This document shows, piece by piece, positions 1 to 8,451 of a stretch of DNA of 32,170 nucleotides. This DNA comes from Methanomassiliicoccaceae archaeon (lineage in GTDB: Archaea; Thermoplasmatota; Thermoplasmata; Methanomassiliicoccales; UBA472): assembly GCA_016919625.1 (NCBI GenBank), contig JACXTP010000121.1, positions 1 to 32,170 on the forward strand, given 5' to 3'. The notes under the pieces are model-generated. The model was not told where the DNA came from. It saw only the letters and a list, made by a program, of their open reading frames with translations, and did not search any database. The position numbers and the translations under genes are program-made. Numbering within the stretch: the stretch's first letter is position 1; every line of letters starts with the position of its first letter.

Positions 1-971
1 ACCAGCTCTTCGGGAATCAGTTTGGTCGGGTCCAGATGATCGAACGGAAACTTATCCGCCTCCTCTTGCGTGAAAAGCTGGACAGCAAATTCCCACTCGG
101 GATAGTTGCCCGATTCGATCGCCTGGAACATGTCGCGGCGATGATAGTCCTGGTCGGCACCGCAAATCTTGACTGTCTCGTCCCAGATCGTGGACTGCAA
201 ACCTAGCTTGGGGCGCCAATGGAATTTGACGAAGGTCGATTCCCCTGAAGCGTTGATCAGCCGGAAGGTATGGACGCCAAAACCTTCCATCATGCGCAGT
301 GAACGCGGTAATGTGCGATCAGACATGATCCACATCACCATGTGCATGGATTCTGGTGTAAGGGAAATATAATCCCAGAATGTATCGTGTGCTGTTGCAG
401 ATTGGGGGAAGCCGCGGTCCGGCTCCATCTTCACAGCATGAATGAGGTCAGGGAACTTGATGGCGTCCTGAATGAAGAACACCGGTACATTATTTCCCAC
501 CAGGTCCCAGTTGCCTTCCTTCGTGTAGAACTTGACGGCAAATCCGCGAACGTCACGCGGTGTGTCCACTGAACCCGCGCCTCCAGCGACGGTAGAGAAA
601 CGTGCGAACAGGGGCGTTTTCTCACCCAATTCAGTTAGTATCTTGGCCGTGGTATACTTCTTTAAAGAGTCTGTCAGCTCGAAGAATCCGTGGATGCCTG
701 TCCCTCGCGCATGCACGATGCGTTCGGGGATGCGCTCATGATCGAAATGCATGATCTTTTCTCGAAGGACAAAATCCTCCAAGAGGGTGGGGCCGCGAGG
801 ATTGGCCCGGAGCGAGTTCTGGTTATCGGAGATCGGGACGCCCTGGTTCGTGGTGAGCTGGGAGTGTTCCCCTTGGGCGATCTGGTGAAGTTCACCACCC
901 TGGCGTGGTTGTAAATCGGCTTTCACCTTTGAACTCTTTTCCTGTTTGTTTCTCTTGGAGCGGACTTGCAT
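1..971 (-). CDS. katE: Monofunctional haem catalase, N-terminal ~323 codons; the 3' end runs off the left edge. By eye closest to the large-subunit KatE/HPII type
   Basis: Absent from the ORF track because its stop lies outside the window. Hand translation of the minus strand puts the ATG at the complement of 969-971. I checked every triplet down to position 1 and found no stop. The translation includes [122 protein letters not shown] and [11 protein letters not shown], all classic catalase core motifs. Confidence 0.9.
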   Translation of the reverse strand, partial: MQVRSKRNKQEKSSKVKADLQPRQGGELHQIAQGEHSQLTTNQGVPISDNQNSLRANPRGPTLLEDFVLREKIMHFDHERIPERIVHARGTGIHGFFELTDSLKKYTTAKILTELGEKTPLFARFSTVAGGAGSVDTPRDVRGFAVKFYTKEGNWDLVGNNVPVFFIQDAIKFPDLIHAVKMEPDRGFPQSATAHDTFWDYISLTPESMHMVMWIMSDRTLPRSLRMMEGFGVHTFRLINASGESTFVKFHWRPKLGLQSTIWDETVKICGADQDYHRRDMFQAIESGNYPEWEFAVQLFTQEEADKFPFDHLDPTKLIPEEL

Positions 972-1245
972 ACCTTTTACTTCTAATTCATCTGTAATTA
1001 ATCTTTCCCATCTTCTTAACAAATAAACCTCAGGCCTTAGCGTGAGTGGCCTCACCCTGCCAAGGCCAACCAGGATTGGGTCAAGATGCATGCATCCATT
1101 GAAAGGGAGTCTTCTAAATCCTGTGCTTCCATCTGAACGAGTAATTTGCATGGTGGCCTAATGTTAGGGAAGGTGTGAAATCACATGCCCTCGAATGTCG
1201 AACCAAATATGAGCCTGGCTGATTCAGCTTACTACGGAAACGCGA

Positions 1246-1266
1246 ACATTGAAACGACATTGAAAC
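1246..1266. repeat. Short tandem direct repeat ACATTGAAAC-g-ACATTGAAAC in the AT-rich spacer
   Basis: Read directly: acattgaaac (1246-1255), g, acattgaaac (1257-1266). Confidence 0.6.
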
Positions 1267-1660
1267 ACTGAGCCTGCCGCTTCACAGGATCAACAAAAAC
1301 GCCGTTTCTCGGCGCACCCGATAAAACTAAACGCATGGTCAATTTCATCTTCAACTTCCCTAGAATCTATCAGCCATTATACGGCAATCGCACTCATGCT
1401 GTAGCGACCTTCAGCATGCTCGATAACCGTTTCAATTACCGACTCCGATCTCGTTCAACGATCGTTCGAAAGAACAAGGTCCAATGTAAAGTGGTTTGTC
1501 ACACTATTCGGATGCTAGCTTGGAACTCTCTCAAAATTTCAAATCGAGTTTAGCGTCAAAGCCATTAATCCATGATCTCTTCCAGAAAATTCATAATGCT
1601 TCATGCAGGGTCTTTTGATTTTGAATTGAAAGATGGAGTCCATAAAAAAAGATTCTTCCA

Positions 1661-3010
1661 TCAGAGATTGGCGACCAGGTCGTCCACCGCTTCGTTGACC
1701 ACGTCCCTGACCATGGATACGGGGGGACAATAAGCATTCTCGAACCCCGCCTGGAATTCCTCTGCGGTCACCCCTTTGACAATTGCCGCGCCGATCCAAT
1801 TGATCCTGCCGGTGACCTCCTCTCCCCCCACGATCTGCGCCCCGATCAGTTTATGGGTGGAGGCGTCCGCTAGCACCTTAACGGTCAGTGGCTTGCCGCC
1901 GGGATAGTAACGGGCCCGGGTCATGCCGTGGGCCTTGCCCTCCACGACCTTGACGCCATAATAGTCGGCCAGGCCACGAGACATGCCCACACCCCCCACT
2001 TGGACCTCGCCTATGACGCTGACAAAGGGACTGGCCACCCCTGGGTATTGGGCATAGCCCCCCGCGGCGTTGATGCCGGCCACCCGCCCTTGGCGGACTG
2101 CCGAGGAACCCAGCTGGCTCAGGGTCGGACCGGGAAGGATGGCGCTCTCACACGAAACCACGTCCCCCGCGAGATATAGGTCTTTGACCAACCTGCCTTT
2201 GCGATAGGGCTGCATGGAGGCAGAAACACGGACCGCCCCCAATGGACCAATTTCCAGACCAATATGGTTGGCGAGCTCCAGATTGGGCCGTACGCCGGTG
2301 GCCAATATGACCATCTGACAGGGCACCTCCTTTGCTGCGACCTTGATACCTTCCACCATGCCATTGCCGATGATGGCTCCCAAAGGCGAGCCCATAATGA
2401 ACTTGATGCCCAGGCTTTCACAGTGCGCCTGGACCAACCGCGCCATATCCTCATCGAAAAGTCGTGGTATGGCCTGGTCGAACATCTCCACCACCGTGAC
2501 CTGCTTGCCCCGGTGGCGCAACGCTATGGCCATCTCCAATCCGATGACGCCTGCCCCGGCGACCACCACGGACTGGACCTCGTCCAATGCCGACAATATC
2601 TTCTCCCCATCCTTGAGCCAGCGCACAGGATATACGCCGGGCAGCTTGACCCCTTCCACCGGCGGGACGAAGACCGTTCCCCCTGGCGCCAGGATCAGCG
2701 AGTCGAAGTTGATGTTGGTACCATCATGTAATGTCAGGAGCTTAGCCTCGAGGTCCACACGTATGACCTTGGTCCTCACATGCACCTCGATCCTCCGTTC
2801 TTTGCGATACCATTCCGGGGTGTGCATGACTATGGATCGGAAGTCCTTGATCCGCCCTTCGATGACAAATGGTATGGCGCAAGGCGAGTAGGCGACGTGC
2901 TCGTCCTCGGTGAAGAGCGTGATCTCTGCCTCTGAGTCCTTCTCCCGGGCGGAGGAAGCAGCGGTCATCCCTGCCGCTCCCGAGCCTATCACTGCAATGC
3001 GCTTGGCCAT
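1661..3010 (-). CDS. FAD-dependent pyridine nucleotide-disulfide oxidoreductase of the NADH oxidase / NADH peroxidase / CoA-disulfide reductase subfamily
   Basis: 449-aa track ORF. It has an N-terminal FAD fold (IAVIGSGAAGMTAA), a single redox-Cys motif (YSPCAIP) and a second dinucleotide fold (VVVAGAGVIGLEMA). The substrate cannot be assigned by eye. Confidence 0.85.
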   Translation of the reverse strand: MAKRIAVIGSGAAGMTAASSAREKDSEAEITLFTEDEHVAYSPCAIPFVIEGRIKDFRSIVMHTPEWYRKERRIEVHVRTKVIRVDLEAKLLTLHDGTNINFDSLILAPGGTVFVPPVEGVKLPGVYPVRWLKDGEKILSALDEVQSVVVAGAGVIGLEMAIALRHRGKQVTVVEMFDQAIPRLFDEDMARLVQAHCESLGIKFIMGSPLGAIIGNGMVEGIKVAAKEVPCQMVILATGVRPNLELANHIGLEIGPLGAVRVSASMQPYRKGRLVKDLYLAGDVVSCESAILPGPTLSQLGSSAVRQGRVAGINAAGGYAQYPGVASPFVSVIGEVQVGGVGMSRGLADYYGVKVVEGKAHGMTRARYYPGGKPLTVKVLADASTHKLIGAQIVGGEEVTGRINWIGAAIVKGVTAEEFQAGFENAYCPPVSMVRDVVNEAVDDLVANL

Positions 3011-3044
3011 CTCAAAGACCTCTCCAGTTGATTCTTGACCCTTG

Positions 3045-3092
3045 ATATAAATTGTTCCACGTTGTGATGCCGCGCCACAATATGGTTTATAT
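3045..3092. promoter_or_regulatory. Divergent promoter region with two TATA-like boxes (atataaat ~3045-3052; tttatat 3086-3092)
   Basis: These are AT-rich boxes in the 120-bp gap between the divergent genes. One lies ~40 nt from the minus-strand ATG (3010) and the other ~39 nt from the plus-strand ATG (3131). No transcription-start data are available. Confidence 0.4.
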
Positions 3093-3130
3093 CGGAGGGG
3101 GCAATGACCGCATCATCAGGTTGATGTGAC

Positions 3131-4126
3131 ATGAGGAGCACTAGGACTATCGACCGCACGTCGCCAGTGGCGATCTGGAAGGAGGAGGACATGATCGGAG
3201 GGGAGCGTGTCAAGGCCATGGTGGCCATCCTCCGCACCAAGGGCTGTTGGTGGTCCAAGAGCGGAGGCTGCTCCATGTGCGGTTACAACGTGGAGAGCAC
3301 CGATGTCTCCGTCGATGACCTCAAGGCTCAGTTGGCCAAGCTGCTCGATCGATACGATGGAGAGCCGATGCTCAAGGTCTACACCTCGGGTAGCTTCCTT
3401 GACGAGAACGAGGTCCCTTCGACAATAAAGGGGGAACTATTCGATTCCTTCCCGAGGGTCAGGCGTTTTCTGATTGAGTCCCGGCCGGAGTTCGTCGTAG
3501 AGTCGACCATCGATTCCCTGCCGAAGGGAAGGTCGGCGATCGCGTTGGGTTTAGAGAGCGCAGACGACGATGTGCTGGACCGGTCTGTGCGCAAGGGCTT
3601 CCACCTCAATGATTATCAGAGGGCTGCCGATGTTCTCGCATCAGGCTCCGTCCCGTTGCGTACCTACCTATTGCTCAAGCCGCCATACCTGACCGAGGCC
3701 CGGGCCATCAAGGACACGACCGCATCGATCGAAGTGGCACGGAGGACCTCGGAAACGATTTCCATCAACCCGCTCAATGTGCAATCCCACACTTTGGTCG
3801 AGGCCTTGTGGCGCCGGGGCGACTACCGCCCCCCTTGGTTGTGGTCCTTGGTCGAGGTTTTGCGCTGCACCGCGGGCAAGGGCGGCCCAAGGATATTGTC
3901 CACCCCCAGTGGCGGAGGCACTCCCCGAGGGGTGCACAATTGTGGCAAGTGCGACAGAAAGATACTTGATGCGGTCGAGCGTTTCTCCTATACCCAGGAC
4001 GTCCGGGAACTAGACGGGCTGGAATGTGGGTGTCGCCATGAATGGGAGGGGCTGCTGCTCTACCAGGACCGGATGCGAACGGCGGTGGACCTGGACCGAC
4101 ATCTAGGGAGCGATCAAGAACGTTGA
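3131..4126 (+). CDS. Radical-SAM protein of the archaeosine-biosynthesis RaSEA family (COG1244/TIGR01210-like)
   Basis: 331-aa ORF with ILRTKGCWWSKSGGCSMCGY (the unusual Cys cluster of this family), followed by KVYTSGSFLDENEV, ESRPEF and a C-terminal NCGKCD. An alternative start at 3191 follows ggaggagga. I kept 3131 because PVAIWKEED looks like part of the family N-terminus. Confidence 0.7.
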   Translation: MRSTRTIDRTSPVAIWKEEDMIGGERVKAMVAILRTKGCWWSKSGGCSMCGYNVESTDVSVDDLKAQLAKLLDRYDGEPMLKVYTSGSFLDENEVPSTIKGELFDSFPRVRRFLIESRPEFVVESTIDSLPKGRSAIALGLESADDDVLDRSVRKGFHLNDYQRAADVLASGSVPLRTYLLLKPPYLTEARAIKDTTASIEVARRTSETISINPLNVQSHTLVEALWRRGDYRPPWLWSLVEVLRCTAGKGGPRILSTPSGGGTPRGVHNCGKCDRKILDAVERFSYTQDVRELDGLECGCRHEWEGLLLYQDRMRTAVDLDRHLGSDQER

Positions 4127-4135
4127 CATGGAGGG

Positions 4136-4462
4136 ATGGCTATGGACTACGATATCAAGAAGGGGAAGTACTCGGACTTGGAAGGCGAAGGGCTGAAGAA
4201 GATCGTGGCGGAGACCATAGGGAACGCCACGATGGAAGGGGACCTGGTGGTCGCCTCCTTCGGAGCGCTTGATCGAATGGAGACCAAGGTGATCAGCAAG
4301 ACCGCATTGTCCGTGTGCACCAAGATGAAGAAGGATGTCAGCGAGGAAGTGGCCACCGAGACCATAAAGCGCTACAATCAGTTCCTTGAGGCCGCCACCG
4401 GGTTCAACGCCAAGGAAAGGGGCAAGCGGGCGCAGAAGAAGGCGAAGGAAGACAAAGCTTGA
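4136..4462 (+). CDS. Hypothetical small protein (108 aa) with a Lys-rich C-terminal tail
   Basis: Track ORF 9 nt after the preceding stop, preceded by ggaggg. Codon usage resembles its neighbours, and a strong hairpin plus T-tract follows it. I recognised no family by eye. Confidence 0.6.
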   Translation: MAMDYDIKKGKYSDLEGEGLKKIVAETIGNATMEGDLVVASFGALDRMETKVISKTALSVCTKMKKDVSEEVATETIKRYNQFLEAATGFNAKERGKRAQKKAKEDKA

Positions 4463-4481
4463 TAGTGGCCAGATTTGGCCT

Positions 4482-4510
4482 GCCGAGGCTTCCCTCGGCC
4501 TGTTTTTATT
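4482..4510 (+). terminator. Hairpin plus T-tract terminator after the 108-aa ORF
   Basis: The 7-bp stem gccgagg (4482-4488) pairs with cctcggc (4493-4499) around the loop cttc, followed by c-tgttttt-att. A second palindrome, ggcc-agattt-ggcc, lies just upstream (4467-4480). Confidence 0.6.
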
Positions 4511-4540
4511 TATATACCCCTACCACACAGTATAAATATA
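4505..4540 (+). promoter_or_regulatory. Two TATA-like boxes upstream of the ribosomal-protein cluster (tttatttatata 4505-4516; tataaatata 4531-4540)
   Basis: These are the only strongly AT-rich boxes between the terminator and rpl3. They would give a leader of roughly 185-210 nt before the ATG at 4748. Confidence 0.45.
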
Positions 4541-4747
4541 AGTATCCTTATGCGAGGTTGCTCAACGCGATAAGGACGTTCGACCAGACTCCTTGGGCAA
4601 TGCGCGAGCAACCCTTAACCGCCAACCGATTAAGTTCTGGGGGGCGACATCAGAGTCACGGTCGAAGGTGCGGATCTCAACACTCGTGAGAATGGGCGTT
4701 AGCAAGAACAGAGAGTTTGCTCTCTCGGCAAGCAGAGAGGGAGACAT

Positions 4748-5749
4748 ATGCCGAACAAAAGACGTCCGCGACAGGGCTCCATGGCGTTTTCGCCAAGAAA
4801 GAGAGCTTCGAGACAAACACCTAAAATGGACCACTGGCCCGAGATCAGCGAAGGCCCGAAGGTCCAGGGATTTGCCGGCTACAAGGCCGGCATGACGCAC
4901 GCTATGATGGTCGATTACCGCAAGTCCAGCACCACTGCTGGCCAGGAGATCAAGATCCCGGTCACAGTGCTGGAGGTCCCGCCTATGAAGGTGGCCGCGG
5001 TGCGACTGTACGAGAACACCCGCTACGGCCTGAGGACCGCTGGAGAGGTCTGGGCCGCTAGCATCGACGAGACGCTGTCCCGCCGCCTGCCCATACCCAA
5101 GAACTACGACCAGGGCAAGGCTTGGGAGAAAGTGAAGGAGGTCGATGTGGAGGATATCCGCATCCTCGCCTACACCCAGCCCAAGATGGTGAAGGGCGTC
5201 CCGAAGAAGGTCCCCGAGCTCATGGAGCTCCGCATTGGGGGCGGCACCATGGATGCGCGCATGGAGTATGCGAAGGGCATCCTGGGCAAGGACATTGGCA
5301 TCGCCGACTTCGCCAAAGAGGGCGCGTTGATCGATGTGTCCGCTGTCACCAACGGAAAAGGCTTCCAGGGCGCCGTGAAACGCTGGGGCCTGAAGCTTCT
5401 ACACCACAAGAACAGCAAGCATCGCCGCATGGTCGGTACCTTGGCCCCGAAGAGGCCTGGTTACGTCCGTGAGACCGTGCCCCAGGCCGGTCAGATGGGC
5501 TACCACCAGAGGACCGAGGTCAACAAGCGCATACTCAAGATCGGTGAGAAGGGTGAGGAGATCAACCCGAAAGGCGGCTTCGTCCTGTATGGACTGGTCA
5601 ACAACCCATATGTTCTGCTGCACGGCTCCGTGCCCGGCCCGACCAAGAGACTGGTCCGGCTGAGGGACCCGGTACGTAAGCAGGGCGTGGACCTGAAGGA
5701 GGCGCCAAGTATGACGTACGTCTCCGTGGAATCTAAGCAGGGGGCGTAA
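4748..5749 (+). CDS. rpl3: 50S ribosomal protein uL3
   Basis: 333-aa ORF starting MPNKRRPRQGSMAFSPRKRA, with FAGYKAGMTH and GKGFQGAVKRWG. It is the first gene of the conserved archaeal cluster. Confidence 0.97.
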   Translation: MPNKRRPRQGSMAFSPRKRASRQTPKMDHWPEISEGPKVQGFAGYKAGMTHAMMVDYRKSSTTAGQEIKIPVTVLEVPPMKVAAVRLYENTRYGLRTAGEVWAASIDETLSRRLPIPKNYDQGKAWEKVKEVDVEDIRILAYTQPKMVKGVPKKVPELMELRIGGGTMDARMEYAKGILGKDIGIADFAKEGALIDVSAVTNGKGFQGAVKRWGLKLLHHKNSKHRRMVGTLAPKRPGYVRETVPQAGQMGYHQRTEVNKRILKIGEKGEEINPKGGFVLYGLVNNPYVLLHGSVPGPTKRLVRLRDPVRKQGVDLKEAPSMTYVSVESKQGA

Positions 5750-5752
5750 GCA

Positions 5753-6532
5753 ATGGCTGTTAAGAAAGGTAACATCAACGTTTATTCCGTAAAGGGCGAC
5801 GTGGTCAAGACCATGGACCTGCCCGAGGTGTTCGCCACCGAGTTCCGTCCGGACGTCATCCGGAAGGCCGTTGTGGCAGAGGAGGCCAACCGCCGCCAGC
5901 CCTACGGTTCCAAGCCCGGGGCCGGTATCAGGCACGCGGTGTCCACCTGGGGCAAGGGAAGGGGCGTCGCCCGTGTGCAGCGCCTCACCCAGGGAGCGAA
6001 GGCCGCAGAGTCCCCTAACAACGTGGGCGGACGCCGGGCCTTCCCACCCAAGGCGGAGAAGGACTGGTCCAAGAAGGTCAACCGTAAGGAGAGGGCATTG
6101 GCCCGCTCCTCCGCTTTGGCCGCCGCCTCCGATGTGGAGACGGTCAAGAAAAGGGGGCACAAGTTCGACGAGAAGGTCACGCTCCCGGTCGTCATCGAGG
6201 ACGACGTGGAGGGACTGAAGAGCACCTCTGACGTCATGGAGACCCTGCGCAGCATCGGGCTGGAGCAGGACATAGTGCGCAGCAAGGAGGGCAAGCACGT
6301 ACGGGCTGGCCGCGGAAAGATGCGGTCCAGGCGGTACAAGTCGCCCCGCTCAATGCTCATAGTCGTCTCCAACGAGAAGGCAGACCTGTTCACCGGGGCC
6401 AAGAACATCCCCGGAGTGGAGATCGCTTACGCAGACAAGTTGAACGCGGGCATCCTGGCCCCGGGCGGAATGCCTGGGCGCCTGACCGTTTTCTCCGAGT
6501 CCGCCATCAAGAAGGTAGGAGAGTGGTGCTGA
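5753..6532 (+). CDS. rpl4: 50S ribosomal protein uL4
   Basis: 259-aa ORF with PYGSKPGAGIRHAVSTWGKGRGVARVQR and the conserved position after uL3. Confidence 0.96.
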   Translation: MAVKKGNINVYSVKGDVVKTMDLPEVFATEFRPDVIRKAVVAEEANRRQPYGSKPGAGIRHAVSTWGKGRGVARVQRLTQGAKAAESPNNVGGRRAFPPKAEKDWSKKVNRKERALARSSALAAASDVETVKKRGHKFDEKVTLPVVIEDDVEGLKSTSDVMETLRSIGLEQDIVRSKEGKHVRAGRGKMRSRRYKSPRSMLIVVSNEKADLFTGAKNIPGVEIAYADKLNAGILAPGGMPGRLTVFSESAIKKVGEWC

Positions 6533-6810
6533 TGCCAAAGAAGGTCCTATTGCACCCGTTCGTCACAGAGAAGACCATGAACCAGATGACTGGCTCCCCG
6601 GCCTTGGATTACAAGGACGGGAACAAGCTCGAGTTCATCGTGATGCGCACCGCCACCAAAGCGGATATCAAGGCCGCCTTCGAGGAGCAGTTCCAATGCA
6701 AGGTCGAGAAGGTTTGGACCAAGACCGCCCGGGACGGCAAGCACGCCGTCGTGAAGTTGGCTGAAGGCTACTCTGCCGAGGACATCGGCATGAGGATCGG
6801 AGTGTTCTGA
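6532..6810 (+). CDS. rpl23: 50S ribosomal protein uL23
   Basis: The track ORF starts at a GTG (6523). The first ATG (6532) overlaps the uL4 stop as tgATG and gives MPKKVLLHPFVTEKTMN. Confidence 0.93.
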   Translation: MPKKVLLHPFVTEKTMNQMTGSPALDYKDGNKLEFIVMRTATKADIKAAFEEQFQCKVEKVWTKTARDGKHAVVKLAEGYSAEDIGMRIGVF

Positions 6811-6820
6811 GGGGATTGAC

Positions 6821-7525
6821 ATGGGAAAGAACCTTAGACAGCAGAGGCGCGGGCACGGCGGTATGACCTACCGTTCCCCGAGCCACAGGCATGTGGGCGA
6901 CATTCGCCTCCCGCTTCCTTCCATGAAGGACGGGAAGATCGTGGACATAATGCACGCCCCCGGGCGCCTATGCCCGGTGGTCAAGGTCAACTTCGCCGGC
7001 GAGAACAACATCATGTTGGCGGCCGAGGGAGTGATGGTGGGCCAGGAGGTCTCCGTCGATGGGGATGGCTCAATAGCGGCCGGTAACGTCATGCCTCTGG
7101 CCAACATCCCTGAGGGTACCCTCGTATTCAATATAGAGGGACGCCCCGGCGACGGCGGCAAGTACGTTAAGGCAGCCGGTAGCTCGGCCACGATCGTGAC
7201 CAAGGGCGAGCGTGTGGTCATGCTCATGCCCTCTGGAGATTTCAAGAACTTTGACTCGCGCTGCCGCGCCACCGTTGGCATCGTAGCTGGCGGAGGCCAC
7301 GGGGAGAAGCCCTTCGGTAAGTCGGGTAACAAGTTCCATGCCTACAGAAGCAGGAGCAAGGCGTATTTCAAGGTCAAGGGTATCGCCATGAACCCGGTGG
7401 ACCACCCCCATGGAGGTGGCGGTCACCCGCACGTCGGCAAACCCAGCACTGTGTCGAGGAACGCCCCACCAGGACGTAAGGTAGGTAGGCTCTCACCACA
7501 GAAGAAAAAGAAAGGGAAGAGGTGA
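6821..7525 (+). CDS. rpl2: 50S ribosomal protein uL2
   Basis: 234-aa ORF with GIAMNPVDHPHGGGGHPHVGKPSTVSRNAPPGRKVG. Confidence 0.97.
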   Translation: MGKNLRQQRRGHGGMTYRSPSHRHVGDIRLPLPSMKDGKIVDIMHAPGRLCPVVKVNFAGENNIMLAAEGVMVGQEVSVDGDGSIAAGNVMPLANIPEGTLVFNIEGRPGDGGKYVKAAGSSATIVTKGERVVMLMPSGDFKNFDSRCRATVGIVAGGGHGEKPFGKSGNKFHAYRSRSKAYFKVKGIAMNPVDHPHGGGGHPHVGKPSTVSRNAPPGRKVGRLSPQKKKKGKR

Positions 7526-7531
7526 CCATAA

Positions 7532-7993
7532 ATGGCTGAAGATAAGCTCACCGGAACGAAGTCCTCCCGCAGGAAGCAGCGCAAGAAGAAGACGCTGATC
7601 ACTGGTCGCAGGAAGAAGGAGTTCACCTACCGCGGTTTCACCATGGAGCAGTTGCAGGAGATGCCCTTCGAGGAGGTCCTGGAGCTGATGCCCAGCCGCA
7701 TCAGGAGGACATTCGTTCGCGGGTTCAATGAGGAACAGAAGACCGCCTTCGACAAGATCAAGTCCGGGGAACATGACGTGGTGCGCACGCACCGCAGGGA
7801 CATACCCATCATCCCGGAGTTCGTCGGAAGGAAGGTCGCGGTGTACAACGGCAAGGAGTTCAAGGAGATCGAGATCAGGCCTGAGATGATCGGGCACTAT
7901 CTGGGCGAGTTCAGCATGACCAGGAAATCCGTCAAGCACTCGGGTCCAGGTGTCGGTGCCACACGTTCGTCCAAGTTCCTGCCGCTCAAGTGA
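7532..7993 (+). CDS. rps19: 30S ribosomal protein uS19 (with a ~25-aa Lys/Arg-rich N-terminal extension)
   Basis: 153-aa ORF with KKEFTYRGFTMEQLQEM and GRKVAVYNGKEFKEIEIRPEMIGHYLGEFSMTRK. Confidence 0.95.
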   Translation: MAEDKLTGTKSSRRKQRKKKTLITGRRKKEFTYRGFTMEQLQEMPFEEVLELMPSRIRRTFVRGFNEEQKTAFDKIKSGEHDVVRTHRRDIPIIPEFVGRKVAVYNGKEFKEIEIRPEMIGHYLGEFSMTRKSVKHSGPGVGATRSSKFLPLK

Positions 7994-8004
7994 GGTGTGT
8001 TGCA

Positions 8005-8451
8005 ATGGTTGGATACACAATGGAAGCTGATGCGGACACGACCTCTAGGGCGATAGGGAAGGAGATGCAAATCTCCCCCAAGTTCTCCCGTGAGATCTGT
8101 CGCATGTTGAAGGGCAAGCCCGTCAACGACGCCCTGAAGATGCTGGAGGAAGTGGTCGAGCTTACCCGCCCGGTCCCCATCCGCCGCTACAACATCGGCG
8201 TGGCGCACAAGCAGGGAGTGGGGCCGGGTCGCTACCCGGTGAAGGCCGCCAAGGCCATTCACAAGGTGATCGAGAGCGCTAAGTCCAACGCCGAGTACAA
8301 AGGCTTGGACGCGGACAACATGCGCGTCAAGGTCGTCGCCGCACACCTAGGCCGGACCATAGCTGGCTATATGCCCAGGGCGCACGGACGCAGCACCCCC
8401 TGGAATCAGCAGACCGTGAACATTGAGGTAATCTTGGAGGAGATGAGCTAA
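8005..8451 (+). CDS. rpl22: 50S ribosomal protein uL22
   Basis: The track ORF begins at GTG 7990. The ATG at 8005 lies 8 nt after tgaggtg and gives MVGYTMEADADTTSRAIGKEMQISPKFS. Confidence 0.92.
   Translation: MVGYTMEADADTTSRAIGKEMQISPKFSREICRMLKGKPVNDALKMLEEVVELTRPVPIRRYNIGVAHKQGVGPGRYPVKAAKAIHKVIESAKSNAEYKGLDADNMRVKVVAAHLGRTIAGYMPRAHGRSTPWNQQTVNIEVILEEMS

Noticed and set aside
1335-1553. 72-aa plus-strand ORF in the AT-rich gap
   Set aside because: It has no RBS or promoter context, atypical composition (Asn/Phe/Ile/Arg-rich) compared with every confident gene, and no motif. It is probably a chance ORF in AT-rich DNA.
1539-1661. 40-aa ORF (MEESFFMDSIFQFKIKRPCMKHYEFSGRDHGLMALTLNSI) whose ATG overlaps the NADH-oxidase-family stop as TGATG; it is the tail of track ORF 1539-1799(-)
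   Set aside because: The coupling geometry is suggestive. But the ORF lies in the AT-rich spacer with very different codon usage, it is short, and it has no recognisable features. I cannot support it without conservation or expression data.
3047-3057. Exact 11-mer ATAAATTGTTC shared between the nox/RaSEA promoter region (3047-3057) and the polymerase-locus spacer (22856-22866), which could hint at a common regulator or BRE/TATA element
   Set aside because: A single 11-nt match between AT-rich intergenic segments is within chance expectation for a 32-kb window searched on both strands. I keep it only as a note pending genome-wide motif analysis.
4562-4900. ORFs 4459-4689(+), 4593-4895(+) and 4562-4900(-) in and around the rpl3 leader
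   Set aside because: They overlap the uL3 start or each other, have Arg/Ser-rich wrong-frame composition, and lack any RBS. The leader is better treated as non-coding.
5399-6298. 299-aa minus ORF, with similar ones at 8347-9213(-), 7493-8020(-), 10133-10705(-), 11498-12079(-), 14968-15591(-) and 16193-16639(-)
   Set aside because: All are antisense to ribosomal-protein genes and low-complexity in composition, with no start or RBS context. None explains sequence that the sense genes do not already explain.
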